Source: an uncultured virus (IMG/VR IMGVR_UViG_3300024327_000658) (lineage: Duplodnaviria; Heunggongvirae; Uroviricota; Caudoviricetes). Taken from it: DNA of 64,000 nucleotides. How positions within the stretch are numbered: position 1 is the first letter of the stretch; each line of letters starts with the position of its first letter. The notes beneath the pieces were generated by a model. The model did no database searches. It was not told the origin of the DNA and saw only the letters and a list, made by a program, of their open reading frames with translations. Both the position numbers and the translations under genes were made by a program. Of the stretch, positions 1-9,811 are shown in pieces. The stretch lies in IMG/VR virus record IMGVR_UViG_3300024327_000658; one strand, given 5' to 3'.

Positions 1-474
1 AAATAAATCTTCAATACCTTCTTGTGTTTTATTTGAATATTTTTTAATTCCGTCTTTTATTTTTTTTTCACCGGTTTGTATTACTGTACCCGTATCAAAA
101 TCTATTTCTGTATGTGTAGTATCTTCTATATAACCAGTCCAACCTTTATTTCGTTTTCCAGAAAGCGAAAACGCGGAACAAGGAGGAGAACCATCAAGTA
201 AATCTAATTCACCAACTTTAATTCCAGCCAATTCTAAAAAATCATCCGATGAATATTTTTTAATATCATCTACTAAAACTTTTGTGTCGGGAAAGTTTGC
301 TTTATATGTCTCAATTGCTTCTTCAACAAATTCATTTATTAAAAGTATATTTGCACCAGCAAGTCTATAACCCGTAGAGCTACCTCCGCCACCAGCAAAA
401 CAACTTATGACATTAAACAATTTCTCAGATGATTTTTCTTTAACATCTTTTGTATAATATTTTTGATAATTCAT
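1..474 (-). CDS. DNA cytosine-5 methyltransferase, N-terminal part (runs off the window)
   Basis: Not in the ORF track; translated by hand from the ATG at 474 (ATGA overlap with the upstream stop): MNYQKYY...ISCFAGGGGSSTGY (motif I FxGxGG)...LLDGSPPCSAFS (motif IV PC). The frame is open to position 1. Confidence 0.9.
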   Translation of the reverse strand, partial: MNYQKYYTKDVKEKSSEKLFNVISCFAGGGGSSTGYRLAGANILLINEFVEEAIETYKANFPDTKVLVDDIKKYSSDDFLELAGIKVGELDLLDGSPPCSAFSLSGKRNKGWTGYIEDTTHTEIDFDTGTVIQTGEKKIKDGIKKYSNKTQEGIEDLF

Positions 475-1313
475 GCAAAAAACCCTTCTATGCTTGTACT
501 TGTAGTTTTCCAATCTCTGACTAAATCCATTATTCTACTTCTATTATAGATGTTAATTTCTTTATTGTCAAGGAGTTTTTCAAAATAATTTGGTATTCCT
601 GCGGCCAACTGTAAATTCAGATGATTTCTTCTCTTTATTTCTAGCAATTCAGGAAATGCATTAAACAATGGCGCTTTTTGATATGGTTTATTAAAAAAAT
701 TCCAATCATACTCTATCATCCAGTCCCAGACCTTCTTATCGATGTATGGAGCAACTAAAGTAGAATCTATAGTTTCTGCTAATAACATTTGTTGTTTCAC
801 TCCTACAGGGTTTCCTGGAGTGAATTTTTGAGATTCTTTATCAAGTTTACCAAAATAATCATTTCTAAAAACATCAAACAATTCTTTAGTGTGTTTATAA
901 TGAATATTTGCACGTTTACTTACTCCATAATAACCATCAGCGGCCCATCCTGTTAAAATGTATTTTTCTTTTATGTGAGGATAAACATATAAAAAGGGAA
1001 ATGTACATTCTACATGAGTTTTCTTTTTACATTCATATTTTTTAATCAAAGTAAAAAAATCATTTTCAATATTATCAACTGGAACATCTATAAGTTTAAA
1101 ATTCCAACCAAAATGATCACATGCTTTTTTTGCATAGATACTATCCTCAGAATCTTTTCCATCAACCCGAAACGTATAGCAATTTAGGGTTTTATTTAAT
1201 CTATGCGCCGCTATGGCAACTGTCAAACTATCTGTACCACCAGACATTAATACCGCAACGGTTTGATCGGGTGCTTCTTGATCAATAATATCCGTGATAA
1301 TTTTATCAATCAC
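471..1313 (-). CDS. Asparagine-synthetase-like PP-loop (N-type) ATP pyrophosphatase, no glutaminase domain
   Basis: VAVLMSGGTDS PP-loop, LTGWAADGYYG and APY.D motifs match the Asn synthase C-terminal domain. Confidence 0.7.
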   Translation of the reverse strand: MIDKIITDIIDQEAPDQTVAVLMSGGTDSLTVAIAAHRLNKTLNCYTFRVDGKDSEDSIYAKKACDHFGWNFKLIDVPVDNIENDFFTLIKKYECKKKTHVECTFPFLYVYPHIKEKYILTGWAADGYYGVSKRANIHYKHTKELFDVFRNDYFGKLDKESQKFTPGNPVGVKQQMLLAETIDSTLVAPYIDKKVWDWMIEYDWNFFNKPYQKAPLFNAFPELLEIKRRNHLNLQLAAGIPNYFEKLLDNKEINIYNRSRIMDLVRDWKTTSTSIEGFFA

Positions 1314-1434
1314 GAAAACCTTCGCCTTTTAAAAGATGTTGACAACGATGCCAAAAAACACCCCACATTAACTCAGGTAACGAATCTGCAGTATAATCAC
1401 CAACATCTTTAATTACTAGTTTATATTTTGCCAT
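1306..1434 (-). CDS. Small hypothetical protein (42 aa)
   Basis: Hand-translated: MAKYKLVIKDVGDYTADSLPELMWGVFWHRCQHLLKGEGFRD. It fills the gap between neighbours and overlaps both. Confidence 0.6.
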   Translation of the reverse strand: MAKYKLVIKDVGDYTADSLPELMWGVFWHRCQHLLKGEGFRD

Positions 1435-1969
1435 TTTTAGTTTTTCTTAAAAGGGTTTTCATTTTTTTTCTTGCTTGTTGCATATGAATTTGACTGGCTC
1501 TATCAAAAAACGTATAGCCATTTAAATGATCATATTCGTGCAAAATTACTCTTGCAGAAAGACCAATAAAATTTCCATTATATGGTTCACCATCTCTATC
1601 TCTCCAATTAATAGAAACCCCGCTTGGTCTTGCTATCTTAGGAAACAAGCCAAACCAAGTAAGACATCCCTCTTTCATCAAAGTTGTTTCTTCTGTCGCT
1701 TCTATAACTTTAGGATTAAACATAATCAAAGGCTCACCTTCGTGTAACATTGCAAATGCTCTACAATTAATGCCTATTTGATTAGAAGAAAGACCCAATC
1801 CTTCATGATGTGTCATATTTTCAAGTAATATCTCTTCTAGTTCTTGAGCATTTAATGTGTGTAATATTTTTTCATCATCAAAATACGTTACTTTATTAGA
1901 TTCAAAATCAAATTCGTCTAGTTTGGTTTCTATTAAAGGATGCACTCCATCTACAAGTTCTAAGATCAT
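1421..1969 (-). CDS. def: Peptide deformylase
   Basis: All three PDF motifs: GLGLSSNQIG, EGCLT, HEYDHLNG. Confidence 0.93.
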   Translation of the reverse strand: MILELVDGVHPLIETKLDEFDFESNKVTYFDDEKILHTLNAQELEEILLENMTHHEGLGLSSNQIGINCRAFAMLHEGEPLIMFNPKVIEATEETTLMKEGCLTWFGLFPKIARPSGVSINWRDRDGEPYNGNFIGLSARVILHEYDHLNGYTFFDRASQIHMQQARKKMKTLLRKTKNGKI

Positions 1970-3681
1970 TGTACGATTCTACTAAAATTTTTAAATTTTT
2001 CAAATTTTATAACATGTTTAAATTTATCATAAAGAATTTCACCTTTATGACTTATCACAAATACATTTGATTCGCCGCCAAGAGAATGTATTATTTTTAG
2101 AAAATCACTTGTTCCGTCTTCATCAAGAGAACTATCAAAGACTTCATCTAGTATGAGTAAATTTGTACTCATACTATTTTTCAATTTAGCAATAGTTCTC
2201 CAGGTAAAAAGCAGGGCCAAATCAATACGCATTTTTTCGCCTTCACTAAATGAAGCATATGTAAATATATCACGAAATCTTGATTTGATAGTTTCCCCAA
2301 AATTTTCATCTAAATTAAAAGAAATATAAAATTCCATTAATGTCAAATATTTATTAATCAGATTATTCATAATTGGTAAATATTTTTTAATAATTAAAGT
2401 CTTAATACCATTGTCTTTAAGCAAAACACTTGCTGTGTCATATACTGAGTGTAAATTGCTATATTGTTCTTTTAATGACAAAAACTTTTTATGATCTAAT
2501 TTTAATTCTTTTAATTGTATTAAAGCATCAGAAACATCTGCTCCCTTTTCATTTAATTGATTTATTTCTTCATTTATTTTTTCAATATATTGATTAATAG
2601 CGAATATTGACGCATTGTACTTTGTCACGGTGCTTTGTATTTCTGTAATGTTTTTTTGAGTAAGTTGCATTTCAGAAATTGAATTAAAAGACGAGGTTAT
2701 TTCTTTTCCTATCTTAGATATCGCTTCGTTTAATTTGGTTTTCTTATCTTCTTTCAAGTGTATTTCACACGTTCTATGCTCATCATCAATTGTTTGGTTA
2801 CAAGTCGGGCAATCAGAATTTTCATTATAAAAATTTATTTCTTTTTCAAGTTGTTTTAAATTTTTTTCAATATTATATTGATATTTTTCTAATTTTTGAT
2901 GTTTAACGTGTATCTTATCAAAATTGCAAATAAGTTTTTGAAGAACAGAAATATCTTTATCACAAACTGCAATCTGTGAATTATATTGTTTTATTTGATT
3001 ATTGGATTCTTTAATGTTTTTTTGATTACTCGCAATTAATTGTTTATTACTTTTTTTCATTTTTGAAATATAATCTTCTTGCAATTCTAAAGCATTTTCA
3101 GTTTTTGAAAACATTAATTCATTTTGATATTGTTCATTTTTCAAATTAGAAATTTTACCTTTCAACAATAAATTCATAGTAGAAAATATTTGAATACCTA
3201 ACAAATCCTCAATGATCACTCTGCGGTCACTTGCTTTAAGTTGCATAAATGGAATAAAAGATGTACTACCGAGAACTACAATCTGAGTAAACGATTTATA
3301 ATTTAATTTGAGAATATTTTTTTCAAGATGTTCTTGATAATCTCTTGTTTTTGAATCTTGATTTATCATTTTTCCATCAACTTCAATTTCAAATATGTTC
3401 GGTTTAATACCTCTACGAACAATATAATTTTTTTTACTGATTGAAAATTCTGTTTCAATAAGACAATTTCTATCATTAATTGAATTGACAATTTGTGACT
3501 TATTAATATTCCGGAATGCTTTTCCAAACAAACTAAAAGTAAGAGCATCTAGTATAGTAGACTTCCCAGATCCATTTTCACCAACCATTAATGTTGTTGA
3601 ATGTTGATTTAAATCAATTTCGATAAAATTTTGACCAGTGGAAAGGGTGTTTTTCCATCGAATTCTATGAAAGTTTATCAT
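1966..3681 (-). CDS. gp46: Recombination endonuclease ATPase subunit (T4 gp46, Rad50/SbcC-like)
   Basis: Walker A GENGSGKST, zinc hook CPTC, signature FSEGEKMRID, Walker B LLILDEVFD, coiled coils. Confidence 0.96.
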   Translation of the reverse strand: MINFHRIRWKNTLSTGQNFIEIDLNQHSTTLMVGENGSGKSTILDALTFSLFGKAFRNINKSQIVNSINDRNCLIETEFSISKKNYIVRRGIKPNIFEIEVDGKMINQDSKTRDYQEHLEKNILKLNYKSFTQIVVLGSTSFIPFMQLKASDRRVIIEDLLGIQIFSTMNLLLKGKISNLKNEQYQNELMFSKTENALELQEDYISKMKKSNKQLIASNQKNIKESNNQIKQYNSQIAVCDKDISVLQKLICNFDKIHVKHQKLEKYQYNIEKNLKQLEKEINFYNENSDCPTCNQTIDDEHRTCEIHLKEDKKTKLNEAISKIGKEITSSFNSISEMQLTQKNITEIQSTVTKYNASIFAINQYIEKINEEINQLNEKGADVSDALIQLKELKLDHKKFLSLKEQYSNLHSVYDTASVLLKDNGIKTLIIKKYLPIMNNLINKYLTLMEFYISFNLDENFGETIKSRFRDIFTYASFSEGEKMRIDLALLFTWRTIAKLKNSMSTNLLILDEVFDSSLDEDGTSDFLKIIHSLGGESNVFVISHKGEILYDKFKHVIKFEKFKNFSRIVQ

Positions 3682-3859
3682 AGTTTAATTTTAATATTTC
3701 AATTATTTTTGTTTGGAGAAAGAGTACTTTAGTGTATGCTATATCTCTGTTGCTATAATGACCATGTTTATTTGTCTTGGCAAATTCTTTTTCTAACACA
3801 AATAATTTATCAAGTTCACTCTTCAGTAAGAAATTGAGGCGTTGATTCATTTTCAGCAT
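3665..3859 (-). CDS. Hypothetical protein
   Basis: Short ORF packed between gp47 and gp46; the true start may be the internal ATG. Confidence 0.45.
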   Translation of the reverse strand: MLKMNQRLNFLLKSELDKLFVLEKEFAKTNKHGHYSNRDIAYTKVLFLQTKIIEILKLNYDKLS

Positions 3860-4016
3860 TATATTTTGAATATTTCATCGTTTTTTTGAAAATATCATTA
3901 ATATGATCATTTAAAGTTATATTTTTTTTATGAGCGTCTAATGCTATTTTTATAAAAACGTCATCATCTAACGCTAATTCTATTTCTTTTGTTTCTTTTT
4001 TAGGCCGTGATTTCAT
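3816..4016 (-). CDS. Hypothetical protein
   Basis: 66-aa ORF overlapping the gp47 stop; IELALDDDVFIKIALDAHKKNITLN resembles small phage proteins. Confidence 0.6.
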   Translation of the reverse strand: MKSRPKKETKEIELALDDDVFIKIALDAHKKNITLNDHINDIFKKTMKYSKYNAENESTPQFLTEE

Positions 4017-5076
4017 AGTCTAATGCTTCATTATAGAGTGTTCTTATTAAAGTGTCAAGTTCTTTTTTATCTTTTTGTATGTTTAATGTATCTATATAAT
4101 TACTTAAAATAGTGAGAGTGTCTTCAGCTTCATCAATAACTGAATCATCATCTTCAAATTCAAGATCAATATTTTCCACAACTGATACATTTACTGCTTC
4201 TGCTTTATATAATTCATCCAACATTGTATCAAACCAATACGGATTTTGTTTTTTTACAACTACAACTTTGACAATAGTTCCTGTATATTTTTCATATTGT
4301 TTTTCTTTAATTGATTCAAAGGTTTCTTTAGTGTCATCATAATAAATTTTATGAAACATGCGATAAGGATTTTGAATAAATTCCAATTCTCTTGTTTTAG
4401 TATCAAAAATATGAAATCCTCTTGAATCATTATAATCAGCCCAAGTTATTTCATAAGGATTACCTAGATAAGTAATGCTTCCCTGCGTAGATTTATGATG
4501 AAAATGCCCACTATATACTAAGTCAAATTTAGAAAACGTGTTCATATCAACCCCATAATCACACACCTGATTGTAATTCATTAAAAAACCATTAATTTCA
4601 AGATGCCCCATCATAATTTGCGAAGATGTTTTTTTGATAGCATCCATGCATTCTGTATAATTATCTGAAGTAATCCAAGGCATCATTATTATTTTAGTAC
4701 CATCAAAATCCACTTCTCTAGGACTAGAATATACCCATGGTTCATAAAGACCATCTGATGTTGAAAATAATTCAGTCATTGAATTTATTTCATTAGTGTT
4801 TTTGTAAAAAATATCATGATTGCCAATTATGAAATGAGTGTCAACGCCCATTTTCCACAAGCGGTCCACAAAATTTTCTCTTAAATCATTTGCAGTTTTA
4901 AAATTGATATATTTTCTTCTGTCAACAACATCTCCTAAATGAATACATGCTTTAATATTATATTCCTCAATACGAGGAAAAAAAACATTATCATAAAATT
5001 TACGAAAATAATTAGAAAATATCACATTATCATTTCTAGCTCCGAAATGAGTATCCGTTATTAATGCTATTTTCAT
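4000..5076 (-). CDS. gp47: Recombination endonuclease nuclease subunit (T4 gp47, Mre11/SbcD-like)
   Basis: Metallophosphoesterase motifs DTHFG, GDVVD, GNHD, SGHFH; adjacent to gp46. Confidence 0.96.
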   Translation of the reverse strand: MKIALITDTHFGARNDNVIFSNYFRKFYDNVFFPRIEEYNIKACIHLGDVVDRRKYINFKTANDLRENFVDRLWKMGVDTHFIIGNHDIFYKNTNEINSMTELFSTSDGLYEPWVYSSPREVDFDGTKIIMMPWITSDNYTECMDAIKKTSSQIMMGHLEINGFLMNYNQVCDYGVDMNTFSKFDLVYSGHFHHKSTQGSITYLGNPYEITWADYNDSRGFHIFDTKTRELEFIQNPYRMFHKIYYDDTKETFESIKEKQYEKYTGTIVKVVVVKKQNPYWFDTMLDELYKAEAVNVSVVENIDLEFEDDDSVIDEAEDTLTILSNYIDTLNIQKDKKELDTLIRTLYNEALDYEITA

Positions 5077-5642
5077 ATGTAAACTGTTCCTGATTTTGAA
5101 AATATTTTATTTTTGGGATCTTCTTGAGATTCGTCTTCTTTTTTCTGTCTTTTTGCAAATCTCTTTTCTTCGAAATCCTCTATAAATTTAGATATGGCAA
5201 GTCTAGAATCAGCAGAACCTATTAAATTCAAATATTCTTTATTATCAGAATCACTGGTCTCTATATGGTCTTCAAGGTGCGATAATCTATCCATTTCTTT
5301 GTATTTAATATATAAATTCTTTTTTTCTTTTTGGATTCTTCTAACAAATGCCCAATAAATTATCTGAGTAAAATATGCAAAGGGGTTTGTTGATTTTTCT
5401 GGATTAAAATTATTAACATATTGAAGACAATTTTCTATACCATCAGAAATCATGTCTTCTTTAAATGCATAATTTATAAAATTTGGTCTAAAAGAAAGTC
5501 GTTGAGCTATAAGTAAAAAACATTCTCCCACATAATCTGGAACGGGAGGAATTTCTATATTTTCTTTCTCCGCAGTACTGATTTTTTCTTTATACTCAAT
5601 CATAGCTTTAAGAAAATCTGCATTATTTATATAATTGGCCAT
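5073..5642 (-). CDS. gp55: Late-transcription sigma factor (T4 gp55)
   Basis: NYINNADFL, RPNFINY, DMISDGIENCLQY, NPFAYFTQI; canonical 55-47-46 order. Confidence 0.95.
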   Translation of the reverse strand: MANYINNADFLKAMIEYKEKISTAEKENIEIPPVPDYVGECFLLIAQRLSFRPNFINYAFKEDMISDGIENCLQYVNNFNPEKSTNPFAYFTQIIYWAFVRRIQKEKKNLYIKYKEMDRLSHLEDHIETSDSDNKEYLNLIGSADSRLAISKFIEDFEEKRFAKRQKKEDESQEDPKNKIFSKSGTVYI

Positions 5643-5685
5643 TATTTCTCCGTGTTATGTTAAAGATCAAAAAATTCTTACTTTT

Positions 5686-5715
5686 ATAATAACATGAATA
5701 TATGATATTTGTCAA
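5686..5715 (-). promoter_or_regulatory. Sigma70-type promoter upstream of gp55
   Basis: Minus strand TTGACA (5715-5710), 18-nt spacer, TATTAT (5691-5686) with an extended TG, in the uvsW-gp55 intergenic gap. Confidence 0.7.
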
Positions 5716-5729
5716 GTTTTTTATTGGAA

Positions 5730-7214
5730 TTAAGAATTTATCGGAACAGTTATAATAGTATATTCAAACTGTTCTTCATTATAAAGTTTTATTCTTTCTA
5801 CAAAATGATTTAACGTATAATTTTTATAGTTTTTATAAGAAAAATCATCTGCTATATCGTATAACGTAGCTATTTTTTTCGATTTATTTTGTCTAAGACT
5901 TCTTCCTATACTTTGTAAATTTCTTATTCTTGATTTAGAGGGAGAAGCAAAAATAATATTATGTAAATTGGTTATATTGATACCAGTAGAAAATGTACCA
6001 TAACTCGCTACAACAATAGCATTTGTTTCATTTTCAACAGCTTTTCTAATATTTTCTCTATCAGTTGTTTCTGTTCCACCATATACAAAAAAGACTTTTC
6101 TTCCATCTTTGGCTTTTTCTTTTATAAGATCATACAGAATTTTTCCATGATTTTCCACCATTTGAAAAAGAATCAAAGTATTAGTATTTAAACTTATTGC
6201 AAGATTTCGAATGAATTTGTTTCTTTTTTCATTTGAAATAATAACATCGATTTCTTCTTTATAAGTATAAGACTTAATCTGTTTACGCATTTCTTCAGGA
6301 TACTGTAAAACTAAAGACTTAATTCGAAAGGGAGAAAGTGTTTTTTTATCTATTAACTCGTTTGTAGTGGTTACTAGATGAGTTTCTCCGAATAACCCTT
6401 CTAAAACTAATTTATGAGTTAATGTTCCATCTAAAGTTCCAGTTGTACCAAATTTATATTTTGTATTAATTGTTTTTTCCATTATAGACGTAAGAGATTT
6501 CGCTTTAAAAAGATGAGCTTCATCCCCCAGAATAAAATCAAAATCAGCATAATAACTAATATTCATTTTATATAAAGATTGCCAAGTAGAAATATAAATA
6601 GGTTTAGATGATATTTTATCTTTACCTGCATAAATCTGATGAACATTTTCTGAGGCATTCCAATTATCTGGTTTAGAATAATCTGCAAAATCACTCGTCA
6701 TCTGTGCTACTAAAGATGTTGTGGGAACAATTATTAATGCTTTAAAATTTGGAAATTTTTGTTGATAGTATCTTAAAAGCAAATATATTATAAAAGATTT
6801 ACCAGATGCCGTAGGAGAGAGAAGTAAACATCTTTCATGATTTATTGCATATAAAAACGCATCAATTTGATAGTCTCTAGCCCGAATATCCAATACAAGA
6901 CTTTTGACAAATTTTTCATAATCTTCATTGTTGTAATTGTTTAAACTTTTAGGAAAACTTTTATATTCTATTTTATATTGTCTGTCTCGTGTAAATCGTA
7001 GTAAATGATTTAATAATCCAATATATAATTCTTTTGATCTTAAATTATAAAGTCTAATTTTTCCATCCCACATTTTGTTTTTAAAGGATGGCATAAACCT
7101 ATAGCCAGGAATAAAAAAAGTAAAATATTCGCTTATTTCTCGTTCAATACCAGGTTCTGATTGAACCAGCATATGTACTTCATTTTTTTTATCTATTGAA
7201 ATTTTTTCTATCAT
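5730..7214 (-). CDS. uvsW: UvsW SF2 DNA helicase
   Basis: SPTASGKS, DEAH, LQSIGRSLR; N-terminal WDGKIRL typical of UvsW. Confidence 0.95.
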   Translation of the reverse strand: MIEKISIDKKNEVHMLVQSEPGIEREISEYFTFFIPGYRFMPSFKNKMWDGKIRLYNLRSKELYIGLLNHLLRFTRDRQYKIEYKSFPKSLNNYNNEDYEKFVKSLVLDIRARDYQIDAFLYAINHERCLLLSPTASGKSFIIYLLLRYYQQKFPNFKALIIVPTTSLVAQMTSDFADYSKPDNWNASENVHQIYAGKDKISSKPIYISTWQSLYKMNISYYADFDFILGDEAHLFKAKSLTSIMEKTINTKYKFGTTGTLDGTLTHKLVLEGLFGETHLVTTTNELIDKKTLSPFRIKSLVLQYPEEMRKQIKSYTYKEEIDVIISNEKRNKFIRNLAISLNTNTLILFQMVENHGKILYDLIKEKAKDGRKVFFVYGGTETTDRENIRKAVENETNAIVVASYGTFSTGINITNLHNIIFASPSKSRIRNLQSIGRSLRQNKSKKIATLYDIADDFSYKNYKNYTLNHFVERIKLYNEEQFEYTIITVPINS

Positions 7215-7806
7215 CTCTTAACCAGACTTTTGAAGCCGCCCAAACATTATTCGGCAAGATCCAAACTTCTTTAAATTTTTCACCCACTGCTCTTGCTACA
7301 TCTCCCCAATTATAATCATGGCCCATAATTAAACCGTCTTCTTGTACTATTGGTGTCCAGCAATTTATATCAGTTTTAACACTTTCATAACTATGATCAC
7401 CATCTATAAATACAAAATCAATAGATTCTTTCTCAAATTGTTTTGAAGCATTATCAGAACGATCTATGATCAATTCAAGATTTGGGAATTTAAGAGATTC
7501 TTTTAATACCTGTTTTTTAAGTATATTTAAAGATTCATCATTATATTCTTCATTTATGCGTTGTTCATATAACGTATTGTCTGGTTGTACTTTATAAGGA
7601 TCGACACCGTACATTTTTAGTTGTTTATTTCCCTTATCCAACAAACTAAACATGTTTTCGCCGTTATTCACTCCTATCTCCACACCTATTTTATAATTAA
7701 ACTGAGTGATCATGATGTTTATTACGTCCCACCTTGCCCAATAGGCAGGATAAGCGAATTGAACGCCTGTTTTTATTAAATCTTTCGGTTTTGGATTTTT
7801 GTTCAT
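7189..7806 (-). CDS. Class I SAM-dependent methyltransferase (Methyltransf_24-like)
   Basis: GVEIGVNNG, YGVDPY, DFVFIDGDHSYE, GHDY. Confidence 0.85.
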   Translation of the reverse strand: MNKNPKPKDLIKTGVQFAYPAYWARWDVINIMITQFNYKIGVEIGVNNGENMFSLLDKGNKQLKMYGVDPYKVQPDNTLYEQRINEEYNDESLNILKKQVLKESLKFPNLELIIDRSDNASKQFEKESIDFVFIDGDHSYESVKTDINCWTPIVQEDGLIMGHDYNWGDVARAVGEKFKEVWILPNNVWAASKVWLRDDRKNFNR

Positions 7807-8819
7807 TTTAATAATTTAGCCCATTTTTTAATAATTATATCAGAATCGAATTTTTTTAAGTCAACAACTGTTTTTCTTTTTTCAATATCCACAGTCCAAT
7901 CATAAATATCATCTATAGTTGTATTTTTTCTAATAAACATGTTATTTTCATCTGTTAATATTTCCTCAGCCGCATCTGATTCATATGTTATTACAGGTAC
8001 TCCTAAGTTATTTGCTTCTAAATAAACAAGACCAAACGTTTCTTGAGGCATTCCCACTCTAAAAAGACATGCGGCATTAGCTAGAGTTTTTAAAACAGAT
8101 TCATAATTTAATTCTCCTAAAAAATGAACAGGATAATTGCTTTTATTAACTTCTTCGATTAAATCTGTAAATATTTTCACGTCTCTTTTTTGTTTTTGAG
8201 GAGGACAGCAAACATAAAATGGCCTTTTCATACCTTTATCATAAAGAGCGATATAAACCATCAGTGCTTCTTTAAATCCTTTACCAAAAGCACTCATCCA
8301 AAAAAGATAATTTCCTCTTTCATTTTTCGGTTTCTGTTTATCCGCGCCTTTAGGAAGCATATAATGAATAGTTTGATCACCTTTTACTTTTTTACCTTTA
8401 TCATGAACATAGTTTTTAAGTGCATCTGATAAAAACAATCTAGGAACTTCTTCATGGCAAGTTGTCCAATTATGCAACCAAATATAATTTTTATCTCCGC
8501 TATTATTTTCTAAAGGCGATAATACTTTAATATGGGGATTAAACATTTGATAATGTTTCCAAGTATTACCAATATAACTAATTTGATTACAATTTATCCT
8601 TACTCTTGATTTAGCATAAAAATGTCTATAATAATTTAAATGTTTTACATTGTTTATTATTTTATCAGTTCCATCTGTTAAAGAATGCACCAATCCAACA
8701 TTGAAATTTTCACTGGCTAGTTTTTCTGCAACAGTCAAAACTTGTCTCTCTGTACCGCCCATAGCTCCCCCATCAATTTCAAACAATTGAGGTGAAATTA
8801 TTAAGTAATCATAACTCAT
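7803..8819 (-). CDS. GT-B (GT4-like) glycosyltransferase
   Basis: GGTERQ N-terminal motif and ETFGLVYLEA (EX7E) motif. The ATG at 8819, coupled to the uvsY stop, is preferred over the track start at 8846. Confidence 0.82.
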   Translation of the reverse strand: MSYDYLIISPQLFEIDGGAMGGTERQVLTVAEKLASENFNVGLVHSLTDGTDKIINNVKHLNYYRHFYAKSRVRINCNQISYIGNTWKHYQMFNPHIKVLSPLENNSGDKNYIWLHNWTTCHEEVPRLFLSDALKNYVHDKGKKVKGDQTIHYMLPKGADKQKPKNERGNYLFWMSAFGKGFKEALMVYIALYDKGMKRPFYVCCPPQKQKRDVKIFTDLIEEVNKSNYPVHFLGELNYESVLKTLANAACLFRVGMPQETFGLVYLEANNLGVPVITYESDAAEEILTDENNMFIRKNTTIDDIYDWTVDIEKRKTVVDLKKFDSDIIIKKWAKLLK

Positions 8820-9262
8820 TAAGCTCCTGAAGTGAATTTTCTCCAATCAATTATATTCTTGATCAAAAAATTTCTGTTAACAACTGTTTTTATAATTGAT
8901 TCTAAATAATTTATTTTTTCTTTTTGATATTCGATTTTTTCTTGCAGAACAATCATGTCTTTATCAGAATATAAAAATCTATCTAAATCTAATTTATTTC
9001 TAGATTTAATATCTAATTCGAACGGATCCCAATTCATCTTATCTAAAGTGATTTTATCAAGTTTGCCTGTGTAATAAAGCCATTTTAATTTAGACAGTTC
9101 TTTCTTTCTCGACTCAAATTTTACAAGTCTCAATTTTTCTTCTGAAAAAATTTTAAAATATTTATTGTGAAGTTCGGGTATTCTTTTTGATTCTGTGTCT
9201 AGTTGTATATCATCTAAAACACAATCACTGGTCCATAATTCTTGAATGTTTTCTAATTTCAT
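8819..9262 (-). CDS. uvsY: UvsY recombination mediator
   Basis: IPELHNKY, WLYYTGK, RNFLIKNIIDWRKF; located beside uvsW. Confidence 0.92.
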   Translation of the reverse strand: MKLENIQELWTSDCVLDDIQLDTESKRIPELHNKYFKIFSEEKLRLVKFESRKKELSKLKWLYYTGKLDKITLDKMNWDPFELDIKSRNKLDLDRFLYSDKDMIVLQEKIEYQKEKINYLESIIKTVVNRNFLIKNIIDWRKFTSGA

Positions 9263-9274
9263 TATACCTCATAA

Positions 9275-9811
9275 TCAATGTTCTCCAATAATTCTTTCTA
9301 TGTTATATGTAGAATATGCAAATGTAGCATCTGCGGCAACAACTTCTGCATCAGCAACATCAGAAGACATTTCTATATCTGTTAAGTCCACAGGAAATAA
9401 ATCTGTAAATTTGGCCACATACTGTATATTTTTGTTACTGGTAAGAATTGACAATGTACCATCAGAATATAATTCTCCTTTAGGATTAGGTACATTTGCT
9501 ACTGCAAGATTTTTATATTGGTCCAGATTATCAGGAAAAGTAATACCTTTTATCCAATCATAAACCTCTAACCAATTTTTCAATTCTTCATCTATTATAA
9601 ATCTAACACGTAATTCATTATATTGCACTTTATCGCCCGCAATAGGAATGTCTCTAAGGGGAGTTGTAAGAATGGCCTGTCCTGCTGATAACCCAGGTAA
9701 ATTTGCAGATTGACAGAAAAAATTTACGTTTGGAATTTTTTCAATCGTAAATTTAAATCCCGTGGGTATAAAATAATTTAAATTTTTTGGTTGGTTGCTA
9801 GATTTCGCCAT
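9275..9811 (-). CDS. gp3: Tail completion / tube terminator (T4 gp3-like)
   Basis: PTGFKFTIEKIPNVNFFCQSANLPG, IDEELKNWLEVYDW, SDGTLSIL, FTDLFP; typical position before uvsY. Confidence 0.85.
   Translation of the reverse strand: MAKSSNQPKNLNYFIPTGFKFTIEKIPNVNFFCQSANLPGLSAGQAILTTPLRDIPIAGDKVQYNELRVRFIIDEELKNWLEVYDWIKGITFPDNLDQYKNLAVANVPNPKGELYSDGTLSILTSNKNIQYVAKFTDLFPVDLTDIEMSSDVADAEVVAADATFAYSTYNIERIIGEH

Noticed and set aside
471..1313. Asn-synthetase-like gene as a lasso peptide cyclase
   Set aside because: No lasso precursor, B1/RRE or B2 protease is nearby, and it is far from the island.
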